Virus record (IMG/VR): IMGVR_UViG_3300046518_000226 | Location: 1-64,000 of that record | Length of the DNA: 64,000 bases | Reading direction: 5' to 3' (one strand) | From: a virus | Program-made: the position numbers and the translations under genes | The notes under the pieces: generated by a model | What the model saw: the letters and a program-made list of their open reading frames with translations, nothing else | The model's database searches: none | What the model was told of the DNA's origin: nothing | In this document: positions 44,661 through 55,877 of the stretch, in pieces | Position numbering within the stretch: position 1 is the first letter of the stretch | Layout of the letters: each line of letters starts with the position of its first letter

Positions 44661-45514
44661 GTCTTCTTCGCCAGCGTCCGGCGGATGGCTTCCTCGAAGG
44701 CCTTCGTGGCCTTCGGTTGCATGGCCTCGACGGTCTTCTTGGCGATGTCCTGCCCGGGCTGCGCTGGGATCACCCAGCCCTGGGATCCCTCGATCATGAT
44801 CCGGAACGTCAGGAAGGTGGACGACTTCGCGCCGCCTGGCGTGCTGGTGTCGAACCGGTGCATGCCGGCCGCCCAGCCACGCACAGCCGGGCTGATGCCA
44901 GCGCCCTTCATTGCACCCTTCTTCAGCCGATCGCCCCACGCATAGTGGTTCTTGTTGACCATCTGCGCCTGCTTCGTCTTGGCATTTGACAGGTAGGGCG
45001 ACTGGTTCGCAGACGGCGCCATGCCCGAGGTGGGCGACAGCCTGGTCACCTCGCCGCTTGGGCGTTCGCTCTGGCTCACGATGGTGGACGCGTTCAGCTC
45101 GGACGCCATGTCGTAGATGCCGGCCTTCTCGAGCTTGCTCACGTTGTGGCGCAGCGGGATCACCAGGAAGCGGCGCCCGTCCTCAGTGCGGCGCACTTTC
45201 AGGCTGGTGCCGAGCATCTTCTTCAGGTCGCGAGCGGGCCGGCCGTTCTCGATCTCCAGGTCGTAGCGATAGTCGGACTCGACAACGGCAGTGAAGTCGC
45301 CGGTCATACTCCACTTGATCGTGGCCGCATAAGCATCCTTCTCGCCCGACCATAGCTTCGCCTGGTAGACGTTGGCCTGCCAGTTCGCCGCCGTCTGTTG
45401 AGCCACCGCGCGCACGGCCTGGTTAAGCAACGGAAAGACCTGCTTGTTGACGATACCTTGCAGGTCAAGCGTGCTGCCGAGATCAAAGCTGAATTTGATG
45501 TTTAAGTCTGCCAT
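44657..45514 (-). CDS. Virion morphogenesis (neck-type) protein, inverted
   Basis: IENG..RDLK..RFLVIPLRH..LTFR..GWVIPA; own late motif 45520-45534. Confidence 0.75.
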   Translation of the reverse strand: MADLNIKFSFDLGSTLDLQGIVNKQVFPLLNQAVRAVAQQTAANWQANVYQAKLWSGEKDAYAATIKWSMTGDFTAVVESDYRYDLEIENGRPARDLKKMLGTSLKVRRTEDGRRFLVIPLRHNVSKLEKAGIYDMASELNASTIVSQSERPSGEVTRLSPTSGMAPSANQSPYLSNAKTKQAQMVNKNHYAWGDRLKKGAMKGAGISPAVRGWAAGMHRFDTSTPGGAKSSTFLTFRIMIEGSQGWVIPAQPGQDIAKKTVEAMQPKATKAFEEAIRRTLAKKT

Positions 45515-45519
45515 GCCTT

Positions 45520-45567
45520 AGCGTCGCGTCACGATATGCGGCCGGCAATTCGTCGTGACGGCAGGAT
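45520..45567. promoter_or_regulatory. Back-to-back late-promoter motifs
   Basis: Minus: TCGTGA-cgc-GACGCT-5 nt-ATG; plus: TCGTGA-cgg-CAGGAT-6 nt-ATG. Confidence 0.8.
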
Positions 45568-45573
45568 AGCCGC

Positions 45574-46398
45574 ATGATTTCAATTATCCGGCCGCTCCCG
45601 ATCGGCAACGCACTCAGACTGTTCATCGAGCCACCTTCCGGCGCGATCTACTGGCGCGTCCTGCGGAAAGGGTCTGACACCTTCACCGGCGTCGACGACA
45701 CCAGTGCGCTGGTCGTCTTCGAGGGCGACTTGAAGTGCATCGTCGACACCGAGTCGCTGCCGAACGAGCAGATGGCGTTCTACAAGCCGTTCTACCGCAT
45801 CGGCACCGCTTGGGTCGAAGGTGCGACCGCCCACGGCACGCCAGCGGCCTACTACCACGATCACAGCACCGACGTGGTCGCGTACCTGCGCGAGCGGATC
45901 GAGGCCGGCATGGCGATCGAGGTCGAGCGCCGCAACATCGTGACCGAGCTTGGCTACGTGCAGGTCTTCACTGCGCCGCCGTCCCTCGAACAGAACATCC
46001 AGTTCCCTCTCGTGACCGTGGAGCTGGATCACGAGGCGCCAGGCGAGCGCGGCATCGGCGAGGATGTCTACGGCGATGAGTTCGACGGCGAGGGCTGGGA
46101 TGACTCCGAGGGCTGGCTGGCAGCGGTAAGCGTGAGCATCGTTGGCTGGTCGCTGAACAGCGATGAGCGGATCGAGATGCGCAAGGCCCTGCGCCGGATC
46201 CTCGTGGCGAACCTTGGCGTGTTCGACTCCAAGGGCATGCAGCAGATCAGCTTCAGCCTTTCGGACATCAACGCCGTAAACGGCGAGTTCGGCGCGCCGG
46301 TTTACCAGTGCTTGTGCAATTTTTCATGCATCGCGCCAGTCCGCGTAAGTGGTCGCGTGAATGCAATCGAAGATGTCGAAGTCACCGTCACCGGTTGA
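45574..46398 (+). CDS. Tail completion/terminator-like protein
   Basis: Position before the sheath gene; FPLVTV..IG..WSLNSDER. Confidence 0.65.
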   Translation: MISIIRPLPIGNALRLFIEPPSGAIYWRVLRKGSDTFTGVDDTSALVVFEGDLKCIVDTESLPNEQMAFYKPFYRIGTAWVEGATAHGTPAAYYHDHSTDVVAYLRERIEAGMAIEVERRNIVTELGYVQVFTAPPSLEQNIQFPLVTVELDHEAPGERGIGEDVYGDEFDGEGWDDSEGWLAAVSVSIVGWSLNSDERIEMRKALRRILVANLGVFDSKGMQQISFSLSDINAVNGEFGAPVYQCLCNFSCIAPVRVSGRVNAIEDVEVTVTG

Positions 46399-46449
46399 CT
46401 TCAACGTAACCCGCCGTGCGGCGGAAATGGCTTCAACAAGGGAACAATC

Positions 46450-46758
46450 ATGGCAACTACCAAAAGCAAGACACCAGACGCAACAGAGGTTGCCGAGACT
46501 GCCTCCGCCGCGCCGGAAGTCGAGCAAGCTCAACTCACTATTCCTGCCGAGGACGATCCGATGGCATCCACTCCCGTACAGGCTGCGTTTCAGATCACCC
46601 TGCAGGAATTCATGCGGAAGCTGTCGCAGCGCGACAACCGCGTGGAGCTAATCAACGGCTTCAACTTCACCGAGAAGCGGGCGGGTCACGTCAAAGACTT
46701 CGAGTCCAACTTCCAGGCGCGGTTTGTCGCTTTCACTCAACTCGTCATCGAGGACTAA
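46450..46758 (+). CDS. Hypothetical protein
   Basis: RBS; directly before the sheath gene. Confidence 0.7.
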   Translation: MATTKSKTPDATEVAETASAAPEVEQAQLTIPAEDDPMASTPVQAAFQITLQEFMRKLSQRDNRVELINGFNFTEKRAGHVKDFESNFQARFVAFTQLVIED

Positions 46759-46762
46759 CAGC

Positions 46763-48481
46763 ATGTCCTATTTCTTCAACGGTCGGGAGCACATCACCCC
46801 CGCCACCATGTCCAAGGTCGACGACTCGGCAATGCTGAACGCCAGCCTTGGCGTCGGCAACTACGCTGCGTTCCTCGGCACGTCCACTGGGGGGCAGCCG
46901 AACACCCAGCTGTCCTTCAGCAGCCCGACCGAAGCCAAGGCTGTTCTGCGCAGCGGCCCGCTGTTGGACGCCATCGTTAAGGCGTTCGCGCCGAGCAACG
47001 ACACCGGCGGCCCGTCCACCGTGTACGGCATCCGCGTGAACCCAGCACTTCGGGCTTCCCTGGTGCTGCTCGACGCTGCAAGTCAGCCGGCGATCAACCT
47101 GGCGTCGACCGACTACGGCCTCTGGACGAACCAGATCAAGACCAAGCTCGAAGCGGGCTCGGTTGCTGGTCTGAGCGCGACCACGCAGTATCAGAACGAC
47201 TACTACACCAAGGACAACATCGCTCGCGATGCATTTTCGGTGCAGTACACCGGCGCTGAAGTTACGGCGACCATGAACGTCTCCGGCACCACCGTCGTGC
47301 TTCAGGCACCTTCCGGTACTACCGTAGCCACCATCGACCTCACCACGTACACCACGTATGCGCAGGTCGTCGACTACATCAACACCGTGCCAAACTTCTC
47401 GGCGTCGATGGCGGACAGCGCGAACGATGATCTGACCGCGCTGAACGGTCTGGATTACGTGGTGTCTGCGGACGTCAAGACCTCCCCGATCGTCGTCACT
47501 GCGAACCTGCAAGCGCTGATCGACTGGTACAACTCGACCGGCGAAGGCTTCGTGACCGCCACCCGAGCTGCCAACGCTGGCGCGGTACCGGTGCAGACCT
47601 CGTTCGTGTACCTCAGCGGCGGCAGCGATGGCGTAACCAGCACTCCCGAGTGGTCTGCTGCCTTCTCTACCCTGCAAACCGTCGACGCTCAGTGGATCTC
47701 GCCAGTCAGCTCGAACCCAGCGATCTGGGCGATGGCTGATGCGCACGTCCAGTTCATGTCGAACGCCGGCCGCATGGAGCGCCGCGCGATCGTCGGGACT
47801 GCCGCTGGCACCAGTGACGCGGATGCGATCATGTTCGCCAAGGCCCTGAACAGCGACCGCACCTCGCTCGTGCACATCGGGTACTACGACTACAACGCCG
47901 CCGGTAAGCTGCAACTGTTCCCGGCCACCTACATGGCCGCGCTGCTCACCGGCATGTTCTCCGGCGTGAGCCCCGGCACCGCGCTGAGCAACAAGACGAT
48001 CAACGTCAGCGGCCTGGAGCGCAAGCTGCGCAACCCGACCGACACCGACGTCCTGATCACCGGTGGCATCCTCTGCATCGAGGACACCAAAAAGGGCTAC
48101 AAGGTCGTTCAGTCGATCAGCACCTGGCTCAAGGACACCAAGTTCAACAAGGTTGAACAGTCCTGCGGCGCGGCGACCGACTTCACTGCCCGAGCGCTGC
48201 GTGATGCTCTCGACGTGCTGCGCGGCGAGAAGAACAACCAGGTCAACCTGGCTCGCGCCTACAGCATCGCCGACACCTGCCTCAAGGCTCTGTCGGTGCC
48301 TGAGCCGTCCGGCCCGGGCGTGCTGGCCGGCAACAAAGAGAACCCTCCGTACAAGGGCCTCACCGTCACGGCGAACGGCGACGTTCTGGCAGTTGCTTGC
48401 CAGGCCTCTCCGGTCATCCCGATCAACTACATCCCTGTGTCGATCTCCCTGAAGATCTTCACCGGCACTGCCTCGGCGTAA
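46763..48481 (+). CDS. Tail sheath protein
   Basis: GTSTGGQPN..LRSGPLLDA..LSGGSDG..PVIPINYI. Confidence 0.9.
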   Translation: MSYFFNGREHITPATMSKVDDSAMLNASLGVGNYAAFLGTSTGGQPNTQLSFSSPTEAKAVLRSGPLLDAIVKAFAPSNDTGGPSTVYGIRVNPALRASLVLLDAASQPAINLASTDYGLWTNQIKTKLEAGSVAGLSATTQYQNDYYTKDNIARDAFSVQYTGAEVTATMNVSGTTVVLQAPSGTTVATIDLTTYTTYAQVVDYINTVPNFSASMADSANDDLTALNGLDYVVSADVKTSPIVVTANLQALIDWYNSTGEGFVTATRAANAGAVPVQTSFVYLSGGSDGVTSTPEWSAAFSTLQTVDAQWISPVSSNPAIWAMADAHVQFMSNAGRMERRAIVGTAAGTSDADAIMFAKALNSDRTSLVHIGYYDYNAAGKLQLFPATYMAALLTGMFSGVSPGTALSNKTINVSGLERKLRNPTDTDVLITGGILCIEDTKKGYKVVQSISTWLKDTKFNKVEQSCGAATDFTARALRDALDVLRGEKNNQVNLARAYSIADTCLKALSVPEPSGPGVLAGNKENPPYKGLTVTANGDVLAVACQASPVIPINYIPVSISLKIFTGTASA

Positions 48482-48494
48482 GGAGGGGTAGACC

Positions 48495-48917
48495 ATGCAA
48501 CAGAACCGCAAAGTCCGCAGTGGTAACCGGATCGTCATCACTTACGATGGCTTCCAGGTCGGCGTGATCCAGTCCGTCCGGATGAACGACGATTACTCGC
48601 CCGAGCCTGCTTCCGGCATCGGCGACATCCACGTTCAAGAGTACGTGCCGACCATGGCGCGTCACACGCTCACCGTTAGCCGGATGATCCTGGAGAACGA
48701 CAAGATGCGTGAGCGCGGCATCTTCGCCGAGAATGGCGACGCTGTGCTCGAAGGCCTGGTGTTCGACATCGAGACCTACTCCAAGGACGATGGCGTGCTC
48801 CTGCGCAAGTACATCGGCTGCTCGTATGCCTCTGGCGACCTGGAAGTCTCCAAGCACGCGATCCTGATGGGCTCCGGCCAGTTCAACGCCCTCAACGTGA
48901 GTGGCACCGGCGCCTAA
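48495..48917 (+). CDS. Tail tube protein
   Basis: Follows sheath; SGNRI..VG..QS..GIGDIH.QE.VP; terminator 48940-48964. Confidence 0.85.
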   Translation: MQQNRKVRSGNRIVITYDGFQVGVIQSVRMNDDYSPEPASGIGDIHVQEYVPTMARHTLTVSRMILENDKMRERGIFAENGDAVLEGLVFDIETYSKDDGVLLRKYIGCSYASGDLEVSKHAILMGSGQFNALNVSGTGA

Positions 48918-49019
48918 TCACCGCCATCGCTGAAAGCAGAAAGGCCGCCCCGTGCGGCCTTTTTGTCGTGACCGGACAATGTCCATGAAGATTTTTCCCC
49001 AACCTGATCAGGAGTTGTC

Positions 49020-49385
49020 ATGAGCCGCGCACCTGCTGCTACCGATTTTCACGTCGACGTCGATGGCGTCGGCCAGTTTGTTTTCGCCAAGCGCACGATG
49101 CGCGACGAGCTGCGCATTGCAGCCGAATATTCTCGCCTGACCGAGGGCGTCGAGACGCCGACCAACTTCCTCGCCACGGTCGCAGGCTGGATCTCCACCT
49201 TGAAGGCTCTGACCGTCGAAGCCCCGCACGGCTGGGATCTCGATGAGATGGATCCGTTCGATGATGAGACCCACGAGAAAATCCTGAAGGTTTACGCGTC
49301 GCTCCGCGTCAAGGAGGGCTCTTTTCGCAAAGGAAAGAACCCGCCAAGCGAAGGCAGCGGGCCGGGATCTGTCGAAGCGACTTAG
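49020..49385 (+). CDS. Tail assembly chaperone (G); +1 frameshift form (GT) ends at 49641
   Basis: Between tube and tape measure; TCT TTT CGC at 49320-28; late motif at 48966. Confidence 0.8.
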   Translation: MSRAPAATDFHVDVDGVGQFVFAKRTMRDELRIAAEYSRLTEGVETPTNFLATVAGWISTLKALTVEAPHGWDLDEMDPFDDETHEKILKVYASLRVKEGSFRKGKNPPSEGSGPGSVEAT

Positions 49386-49646
49386 CTTCTGGTTTCGCAA
49401 TAAGTATCAGCTGTCACCGATTGATCCGCGCTTTCTGGATCTCACGCTTGAGCAGATCGAAACCGAGTATTGGGCGCACCACTACCTCGAAAACCCTGCG
49501 AAAGAAGAGATCGAGGACGACGACTTCGATGAAGATGCTGAACTGGCTGAAATTGAAGCCAGGGCACTAGCCAAAGAACAAGCCCTTGCGGCCGAGCAAG
49601 GCCCTCCCGACCCGGGCGACTGGGAAGACATCGAGACCTGACCTGA

Positions 49647-52427
49647 ATGAGCATCAAGATCCCCGTCAACGCTGAGCTGAACCAGCAGGACGTCCAGCAG
49701 CAGATCCAGCAGATGCAGGATGCCTTGAACAACCTCGGGCGGACTGCTCAGCAGGCGGGGAAGATCAAGTTCAATCCGGTCAACAGCGTCACTCTCGACT
49801 CCGTCAAGAAGATGCGAGCCGAGTTCGACGCCATGGTGCGGATGTCGCCCGGGCTGAAGCGTGCCCTTGAGGCTGGCGGTCAGGGCGGCAAGTCGTTCGA
49901 TGAGGTTCGCTGGGGTAAGGTCTGGCTCGATGAGAACCAGCGCGCCGGGCATGCCGCCTCCATGCTCAAACGGCTGCGCCCGAGCGCTGTTGAGGAAGTC
50001 ACTCATGCTCCGGCGCCGTCAGGAACCGGCGGTAGCGGTAGCGGCGGCGGTGGGCGCCGTCGCGGCGGTGGTGGTGGTGGTGGTGGCGATGATCGGACTC
50101 CTGGCACAGGCGGCAGCAGCTGGCGCAGGGCAGCCGCTGGTGGCGCTGCGGGCGTTGCCGGTGGGGTTGCCAGCCAAGTCGGCGGTATGGCCGGTGGCGT
50201 CGCCTCTGGCGCCCTCGCTGGCGGCCTTGCCGGTGGCCCTATCGGTGCGATCGTCGGCGGCCTGGCCGGCTCGCTGACAAGCCTGCTCGGCGTGATCGGG
50301 GATGCCCGTGATATCGCCATCAGCATGGACACGCTCAAGCGCACCTTGGGCGACACCAACGTCTCGTTCAACGACCTGCAGGGCAAGACGCGCAGCCTCG
50401 CCGATGAATTCAGCCTGAGCGACACAGAGGCGGTCGCGCTGACCAAGCGCTACGCTAACCTCTCCGGCTCCGACAAGAACCTCGGAGGCCTGCGCGACGA
50501 GGTCGGTGTCGGTGTCGGCTTCTCCCGCTCGTTCGGCCTCGCCCCGTCCGCCGGCGTGGACTTCTTCGGTCAGATGAAGGGCATGGGGATTACCCAGAAT
50601 GCCGACGACAACAAGCGCCTGGCGCTGCTGATCGGCGAGAGCGTTGCCAAGGCCGGCGACCTGCCTCGCATGGCGGACGTGCTGGCTGGGCTCAGCCGCT
50701 ACATGGAGAGCGCTGCCCGCACCAGCCTGACCAGCCCGAACTCGGCCGCTTGGCTGTCGCGGTTCGCAGGGCTGGAGAAATCCGGCATGGCGGGCATGGA
50801 TCCGACTACCGCAGCCAGCATCATCGGCAGCATCGACGGCTCGATCCGCCAAGGTGGCATCACCGAGGCCGGCAAGAACTTCATGAACTCCACGCTCCAG
50901 AAGGATCAGGGGCTCAACACGATCCAGGCAGCCATCCAGCTGGAGGGTGGCGCGTTCGGTACCGGCCGCTCCACGTTCGGGGCCGACTCCCCAATGTCGC
51001 GCTTTTACTCGCGCTTTGGCGGCGGGTCGCCGCTGAGTTCGTGGACTTCGGACGAGACCAACGTCAGCGTCCTTCAGAAGAAGCTGATTAAGCAGTATGA
51101 GGGCCGGCCGCCGGAGCTGATGCTGGACGCGTTCAAGAACACGTTCGGCACCAGCTACGGGCAGGCGGCCACATGGATGTCGACCGATCCGAAGCAGAAC
51201 GACGCCATGCTCAAGCGCATGCAGCGGCTGGGCATCAACTGGAAGGATGTCAACGCGACCGGCGTTTCGCAGCTGAGCGAGATCGAGTCGAACAGCTCGC
51301 TGTCTGAGGCTCAGAAGGATGCGATGGTCAAGGACACCGCGTCCAAGAATCAGGAAGACACGATCGGCTCTGAGGCCAGGAAGGCATCAATCGACGGCGC
51401 GAACGCCATGGTGCGGATCGCCGAGCAGGGTCTGCCGATGCTCAGCTCGATCCAGGCTGGCGTGCTCAAGCTCGCCGGCATCGACCCGATGAGCCCGCAG
51501 AAAGAGCAGGCGAAGTCGGAACACCAAAAGCGCATGGACGCGGTCGACAATGGCCCGCTCGCCGCCGAGTACGGCAAGGCCGTGAAAAACTATAAGGAGA
51601 TCACCCCGCTGGTGAAGCAGATCACCGGGCTGGGGCTCACCGACGAGCAGCAGCAGGCGAAGGACTGGGTCGATAGCGCTGGCGCGGATCTGACCGCCGC
51701 GCGCAAGGCTGAGGACGCCCGATACAAAGGCGAGAAGGCCAAGCTCGAAGCGGCTAGCTCCGCCATGCTGAACCCAACCGTCACGCCGTCGACCAGCAGC
51801 ACTCCCGCATCTCCAGCCGATGCTGCCGCTCCTTCGCCAGGCCCGGCGGCATCGCCAAGCCAAGCAACACCGGGGCAGGCCTCTGGCGGTTCCAGAGTGT
51901 CTGGCGCCACGCCGGAGCTGCTGGCCCGGGCGGCTGAGTCTGATCGCAAGGCCGGCCTCCCTGAAGGCACCACGGCGGCGCTGATGATGCAGGAAAGCTC
52001 GTTCAACTCCGGCGCCGTGAGCAGCGCGGGTGCGCGCGGACTGCACCAGATGATGCCGAAGAACGTCGACACGTTCTCCCGGCGCGTCGGCCGCCAGCTC
52101 GACCCGACCAACACCGAAGACTCGTTCTACATGTACGACGAGCTGATGAAGGAGCGCAAAGCCAAGTACGGCGGCAACACCGAGAAGATGCTGCGCAGCT
52201 ATCATGGCGGATACGACGAGAGCAAATGGGGCGCGGTCAACGAGGATTACGTTCCCGCGATCGAGCGCCGCAAACGAGAACTGGCTGCATCCGGCCAAAC
52301 AACTGCGTCGATGCAGCACAACGTCAACGTTGATGTCACAATGCGCGACCAGTCGGGCAATAAAGTCAACGACGCCACCATCAACACCACGGTCGGCAAG
52401 CCTACCGTCAGCGGTACTAACCCATGA
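49647..52427 (+). CDS. Tape measure protein with C-terminal lytic transglycosylase
   Basis: MMQESSFN..AVSSAGARGLHQMMP..SYHGG. Confidence 0.9.
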   Translation: MSIKIPVNAELNQQDVQQQIQQMQDALNNLGRTAQQAGKIKFNPVNSVTLDSVKKMRAEFDAMVRMSPGLKRALEAGGQGGKSFDEVRWGKVWLDENQRAGHAASMLKRLRPSAVEEVTHAPAPSGTGGSGSGGGGRRRGGGGGGGGDDRTPGTGGSSWRRAAAGGAAGVAGGVASQVGGMAGGVASGALAGGLAGGPIGAIVGGLAGSLTSLLGVIGDARDIAISMDTLKRTLGDTNVSFNDLQGKTRSLADEFSLSDTEAVALTKRYANLSGSDKNLGGLRDEVGVGVGFSRSFGLAPSAGVDFFGQMKGMGITQNADDNKRLALLIGESVAKAGDLPRMADVLAGLSRYMESAARTSLTSPNSAAWLSRFAGLEKSGMAGMDPTTAASIIGSIDGSIRQGGITEAGKNFMNSTLQKDQGLNTIQAAIQLEGGAFGTGRSTFGADSPMSRFYSRFGGGSPLSSWTSDETNVSVLQKKLIKQYEGRPPELMLDAFKNTFGTSYGQAATWMSTDPKQNDAMLKRMQRLGINWKDVNATGVSQLSEIESNSSLSEAQKDAMVKDTASKNQEDTIGSEARKASIDGANAMVRIAEQGLPMLSSIQAGVLKLAGIDPMSPQKEQAKSEHQKRMDAVDNGPLAAEYGKAVKNYKEITPLVKQITGLGLTDEQQQAKDWVDSAGADLTAARKAEDARYKGEKAKLEAASSAMLNPTVTPSTSSTPASPADAAAPSPGPAASPSQATPGQASGGSRVSGATPELLARAAESDRKAGLPEGTTAALMMQESSFNSGAVSSAGARGLHQMMPKNVDTFSRRVGRQLDPTNTEDSFYMYDELMKERKAKYGGNTEKMLRSYHGGYDESKWGAVNEDYVPAIERRKRELAASGQTTASMQHNVNVDVTMRDQSGNKVNDATINTTVGKPTVSGTNP

Positions 52428-53923
52428 AAATGAAAGTCTACCAGCCTCGGTTTCAGGTGCGCCTGATCAAGACCGTCAACCGCAAGACCGTCGACGGCTC
52501 CACTCCGACATCCGCTCGCTTCCAGGGCGCGGATGGCTCGATCGACCTGCATCGGTGGCTTGGCGACCGCGCGGCGATCAACACCATGAAAAGCATCAAG
52601 GAGCCCGCCGGCGGCTTCTCGATCACTATCCCAGACCTGCCCACCGACACCGGCGGCCTGGAGACGCTGTACGGCATCATCGAGCCGATGGATCTGATCG
52701 AGATCCGGGCTCAGCACTCACCGTCCAGGTGGAACGAGAACCAGCTGCCGGTCATCATGCGTGGCTTCGTCTCCGGTGTTAGCCGGAACGAGGACATGTC
52801 CCCTGATGGGAAGCCGAACAGGACGGTCACCATCCACGGGCAGGACTACGGGAAAATCTGGCAGATCATCCAGATTTTCTATGGCCCTTCCTACATTTTC
52901 GGTCAGGACATTCTCTCGGCGTTCAAGCTCATGGATAAGTTCGGCGCCGGCTTCAGCAATGCGCTGACCAACGTCGAGTTCCTGAAGGTCGCTGTCGAGC
53001 AGATCATCAACCCGTTCCTGAAGAAGCTTCTGCCCGAGGGGAGCGGCTTCCCCCTGCTCACGCTCAACGCTGACCAAATCGTCGAGGGGGCCGTGGGTAT
53101 CGCCGGCATCCAGTCCGTCGAGGGCACGATCTACCAGCTGCTGCGCAACTACCTCGATGTCGGTGCCTTCAACGAGCTGTTCATCAACGAGGACGATGAC
53201 GGCGTGTATTGCATGTACCGCCAGAACCCGGCGCTCGACCTGAACGGGCATCCGATCGACCAGAAGGTCACCGCGAGCCCGTCCACCAGCTACATGGGCA
53301 GCCAGGACGCCACCCGGCTCAACCTGTTCGATATCCCCGATGAGGACGTGCAGTCGCTCAACGTGACCCGCTCCGATGATGGCGTGGGCAACTTCTTCTG
53401 GGTCTCGGCGCCGGCCTTCAGCCTGAACAGCGACACCTTGCAGCGCCAGATGGGCTACAGCGGCGAGGATCGCAAAACCGTGGATCTGTCGGAGTACCCG
53501 AACAGCTCGGCCGCGCTCTACGGCACTCGCCTGATGTGGCTCAACACCACCCTCGGCGGCCCGAACGTGAAGAACGTGAAGTCCGGCCTAACCGAGCAGG
53601 AGCACGATAAGCGCGACACCGACATTTTCGACTGGCTGAAAGTCCGGCGCGAATTCCTTGTCGCCCAGAACAAGGACAACAGCATCCTTGAGCGAGGCAC
53701 CATGCGAATCAAGGGTAACGAGAAGATCCGCGCGGGCAACTACGTCAGGTTACGGCGCGGAACATTTGAGGCGATCTACTACGTCGTGTCGGTGTCGCAC
53801 CAGATCCTGCCGTTTCGCGGCTTCTACACCACCCTGATACTCGAGCGCGGACTTGGCTTTGCCAACCGCATCAAAATGGCGGGCGGCGTGGATTCGCCGT
53901 ACCTGAGTGAGCTTGTACAATGA
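52424..53923 (+). CDS. Baseplate hub / tail protein
   Basis: [38 protein letters not shown]. Confidence 0.8.
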   Translation: MKMKVYQPRFQVRLIKTVNRKTVDGSTPTSARFQGADGSIDLHRWLGDRAAINTMKSIKEPAGGFSITIPDLPTDTGGLETLYGIIEPMDLIEIRAQHSPSRWNENQLPVIMRGFVSGVSRNEDMSPDGKPNRTVTIHGQDYGKIWQIIQIFYGPSYIFGQDILSAFKLMDKFGAGFSNALTNVEFLKVAVEQIINPFLKKLLPEGSGFPLLTLNADQIVEGAVGIAGIQSVEGTIYQLLRNYLDVGAFNELFINEDDDGVYCMYRQNPALDLNGHPIDQKVTASPSTSYMGSQDATRLNLFDIPDEDVQSLNVTRSDDGVGNFFWVSAPAFSLNSDTLQRQMGYSGEDRKTVDLSEYPNSSAALYGTRLMWLNTTLGGPNVKNVKSGLTEQEHDKRDTDIFDWLKVRREFLVAQNKDNSILERGTMRIKGNEKIRAGNYVRLRRGTFEAIYYVVSVSHQILPFRGFYTTLILERGLGFANRIKMAGGVDSPYLSELVQ

Positions 53924-54699
53924 GTTCGACGTCGAAAAGGGCGCGCGTGGTTGCCCTGCATCCTGAAGACCACTCCTGCGACCTGGTTATGCTCAGCGAC
54001 GGCTCGCGGCTGTCTGGCGTCCAGATCATGTCCAGTTCTGCCAGCACGAACACCGGCCTGAACGACCTGGCTGCACCGACTCCCGCACCAGGTGGCGATA
54101 AGTGGAACGCCAGCCTGAAGACCGGGCGCGATATCGTTGCGATCGTGGATTGGTGCGAGAACAACCCCTATGTGGTGGGCTTCCTGTTCCCGCAAATCTG
54201 CCAGATGACGTTCAAGGATCCCAACCGGAAGATTGATCGGCACGCCTCGGACTTCTACCAAACCATCGACGGCAAGGGTAACGTCGAGTGGTCTCACCCG
54301 AGCGGCACCTATCTGCGCATTGGCACATCGCCTGAGCACGAGGATCTGACCGGCAAGGACTTCGACAAGAAGTGGGCAATCAAGAACAACACCGGCACCG
54401 CGCCGCATGTGCACCTGACGGTGGCCAGTGCCGGATCGGTTGTCGCCACGCTCGACATTGCACCGTCCGGAGCCATCACGGTCACCGGCGCCACTCTCGC
54501 AGCCACGCTGACTGGCGCGGCAACCCTCGTCGCGCCTGGTGGAGTCACGGTGGACACGCCGGACGCGCACTTCACCGGCAACATCAAGGCTGATGGCGAC
54601 ATCACCGACAAGGTGCGCAGCATGCAGGGCGACCGTGATATCTACAACGTCCACACCAACCCGAACGCCGGGGCGAGCGCACCGCCACAGCAGATGTAA
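53920..54699 (+). CDS. Baseplate central spike (gpV-like)
   Basis: OB-fold start, beta-helix, GDITD..SM..DR.IYN.HT tip. Confidence 0.85.
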   Translation: MSSTSKRARVVALHPEDHSCDLVMLSDGSRLSGVQIMSSSASTNTGLNDLAAPTPAPGGDKWNASLKTGRDIVAIVDWCENNPYVVGFLFPQICQMTFKDPNRKIDRHASDFYQTIDGKGNVEWSHPSGTYLRIGTSPEHEDLTGKDFDKKWAIKNNTGTAPHVHLTVASAGSVVATLDIAPSGAITVTGATLAATLTGAATLVAPGGVTVDTPDAHFTGNIKADGDITDKVRSMQGDRDIYNVHTNPNAGASAPPQQM

Positions 54700-54725
54700 G
54701 AACGTCGTGACGCCACCATGGCGTC

Positions 54726-55877
54726 ATGGACTTAACTACGCCCGCCACTCAGAAAGCAGAGGATTGTCCCATCACCTTCGTGATGGACGACGAGTCTGCC
54801 GGCACGAACGAAGAAATGACCCTCCTGATTCGTCCGGAGGAGCTTTCTATCGGCTTCCCGAGCCGCATGTCGGTCAACCAGACGCTGGGCGGCGCGTGGG
54901 CTGATAGCTTCGGCGAAGGCCTTGAGGAGGGCACCTACGCGGGCACCCTTGGCTGGCGCGCTACCAGCAATGACAGCGGCGGGATCGAGCGCCTGGCGAA
55001 CCTGAAGAACTTCGCCTACTCGGACTGGCATGCCCGTCGTGCCGCCGCGGTGGCGAAGGGCGACGACCCGGCCATGGTCAAACTGATCCTGGTCGACACC
55101 CTGAACAACTACTCCCGGGTGATCGCGCCGCGGGTGTTCGAGCTGAAGCGCAGCAAGAGCCGGCCGCTTCTGGCTCAGTATCGCTTCAACTTCGTCATGC
55201 TGTCCCGCGACGTGACCGGTAAGGATCTTCTGTCCGACACGGCCTTCGGCGGTTTCCTCGGCACGATCGGTTCGTGGATCGACAGTTTCACCATGTCGAT
55301 CAACAACATCACCAACAGGGTCAAAGAGGCCTACCGCTGGATCGACCGGACGATCATCGCACCGGTGAAGGCCTTCGTGGCGAAAACCCAGAAGCTGCTC
55401 GGGGCCGTCCGCAACTTCGTCACGGCCGGCGTCGGCATCATCCGCCAGGTGGGCAGCGTCGCGCAGCTGGCGACCGCTGCGGCAATGAACATCTTCCGAG
55501 CCGCGGCGCTGGTGATCAACATCCCGAACATCGCCAAGGCGGCGATCATGAACGTCGTGCGCGAGTTCACGAACCTGTTCTGCCTGCTGCGCAACGCGAA
55601 GTCGGCCCTCGGCTACGAGGATTACTCCGACCTCTACGGCGCCTCGAACTGCTCGTCTACGTCCGGCGGCCGGTCGATCTCCGTCTACTCCGGGTCGAAC
55701 ACGAACACCTTCTCCGCGGTGACACAGACCCCAGCCTCCCCGGTCGTGGTCACTCAGAATGCCTCCATTGGCCTGAGGAACCTCGCGAGCGCTGACCTGG
55801 TGACCACGACGCTCACGCCCACCACGATTGGCGCCAACCTCAGCGCGGTGAACTCCGGCATGTCGGTGATCGCATGA
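54726..55877 (+). CDS. Baseplate / tube-initiator-like protein
   Basis: RPEEL..QTLGGAWADSFG..RSKSRPLL.QY; leaderless late motif 54705-54719. Confidence 0.7.
   Translation: MDLTTPATQKAEDCPITFVMDDESAGTNEEMTLLIRPEELSIGFPSRMSVNQTLGGAWADSFGEGLEEGTYAGTLGWRATSNDSGGIERLANLKNFAYSDWHARRAAAVAKGDDPAMVKLILVDTLNNYSRVIAPRVFELKRSKSRPLLAQYRFNFVMLSRDVTGKDLLSDTAFGGFLGTIGSWIDSFTMSINNITNRVKEAYRWIDRTIIAPVKAFVAKTQKLLGAVRNFVTAGVGIIRQVGSVAQLATAAAMNIFRAAALVINIPNIAKAAIMNVVREFTNLFCLLRNAKSALGYEDYSDLYGASNCSSTSGGRSISVYSGSNTNTFSAVTQTPASPVVVTQNASIGLRNLASADLVTTTLTPTTIGANLSAVNSGMSVIA

Noticed and set aside
50020-50270. GGT/GGC repeat tract
   Set aside because: Encodes the Gly-rich part of the tape measure protein
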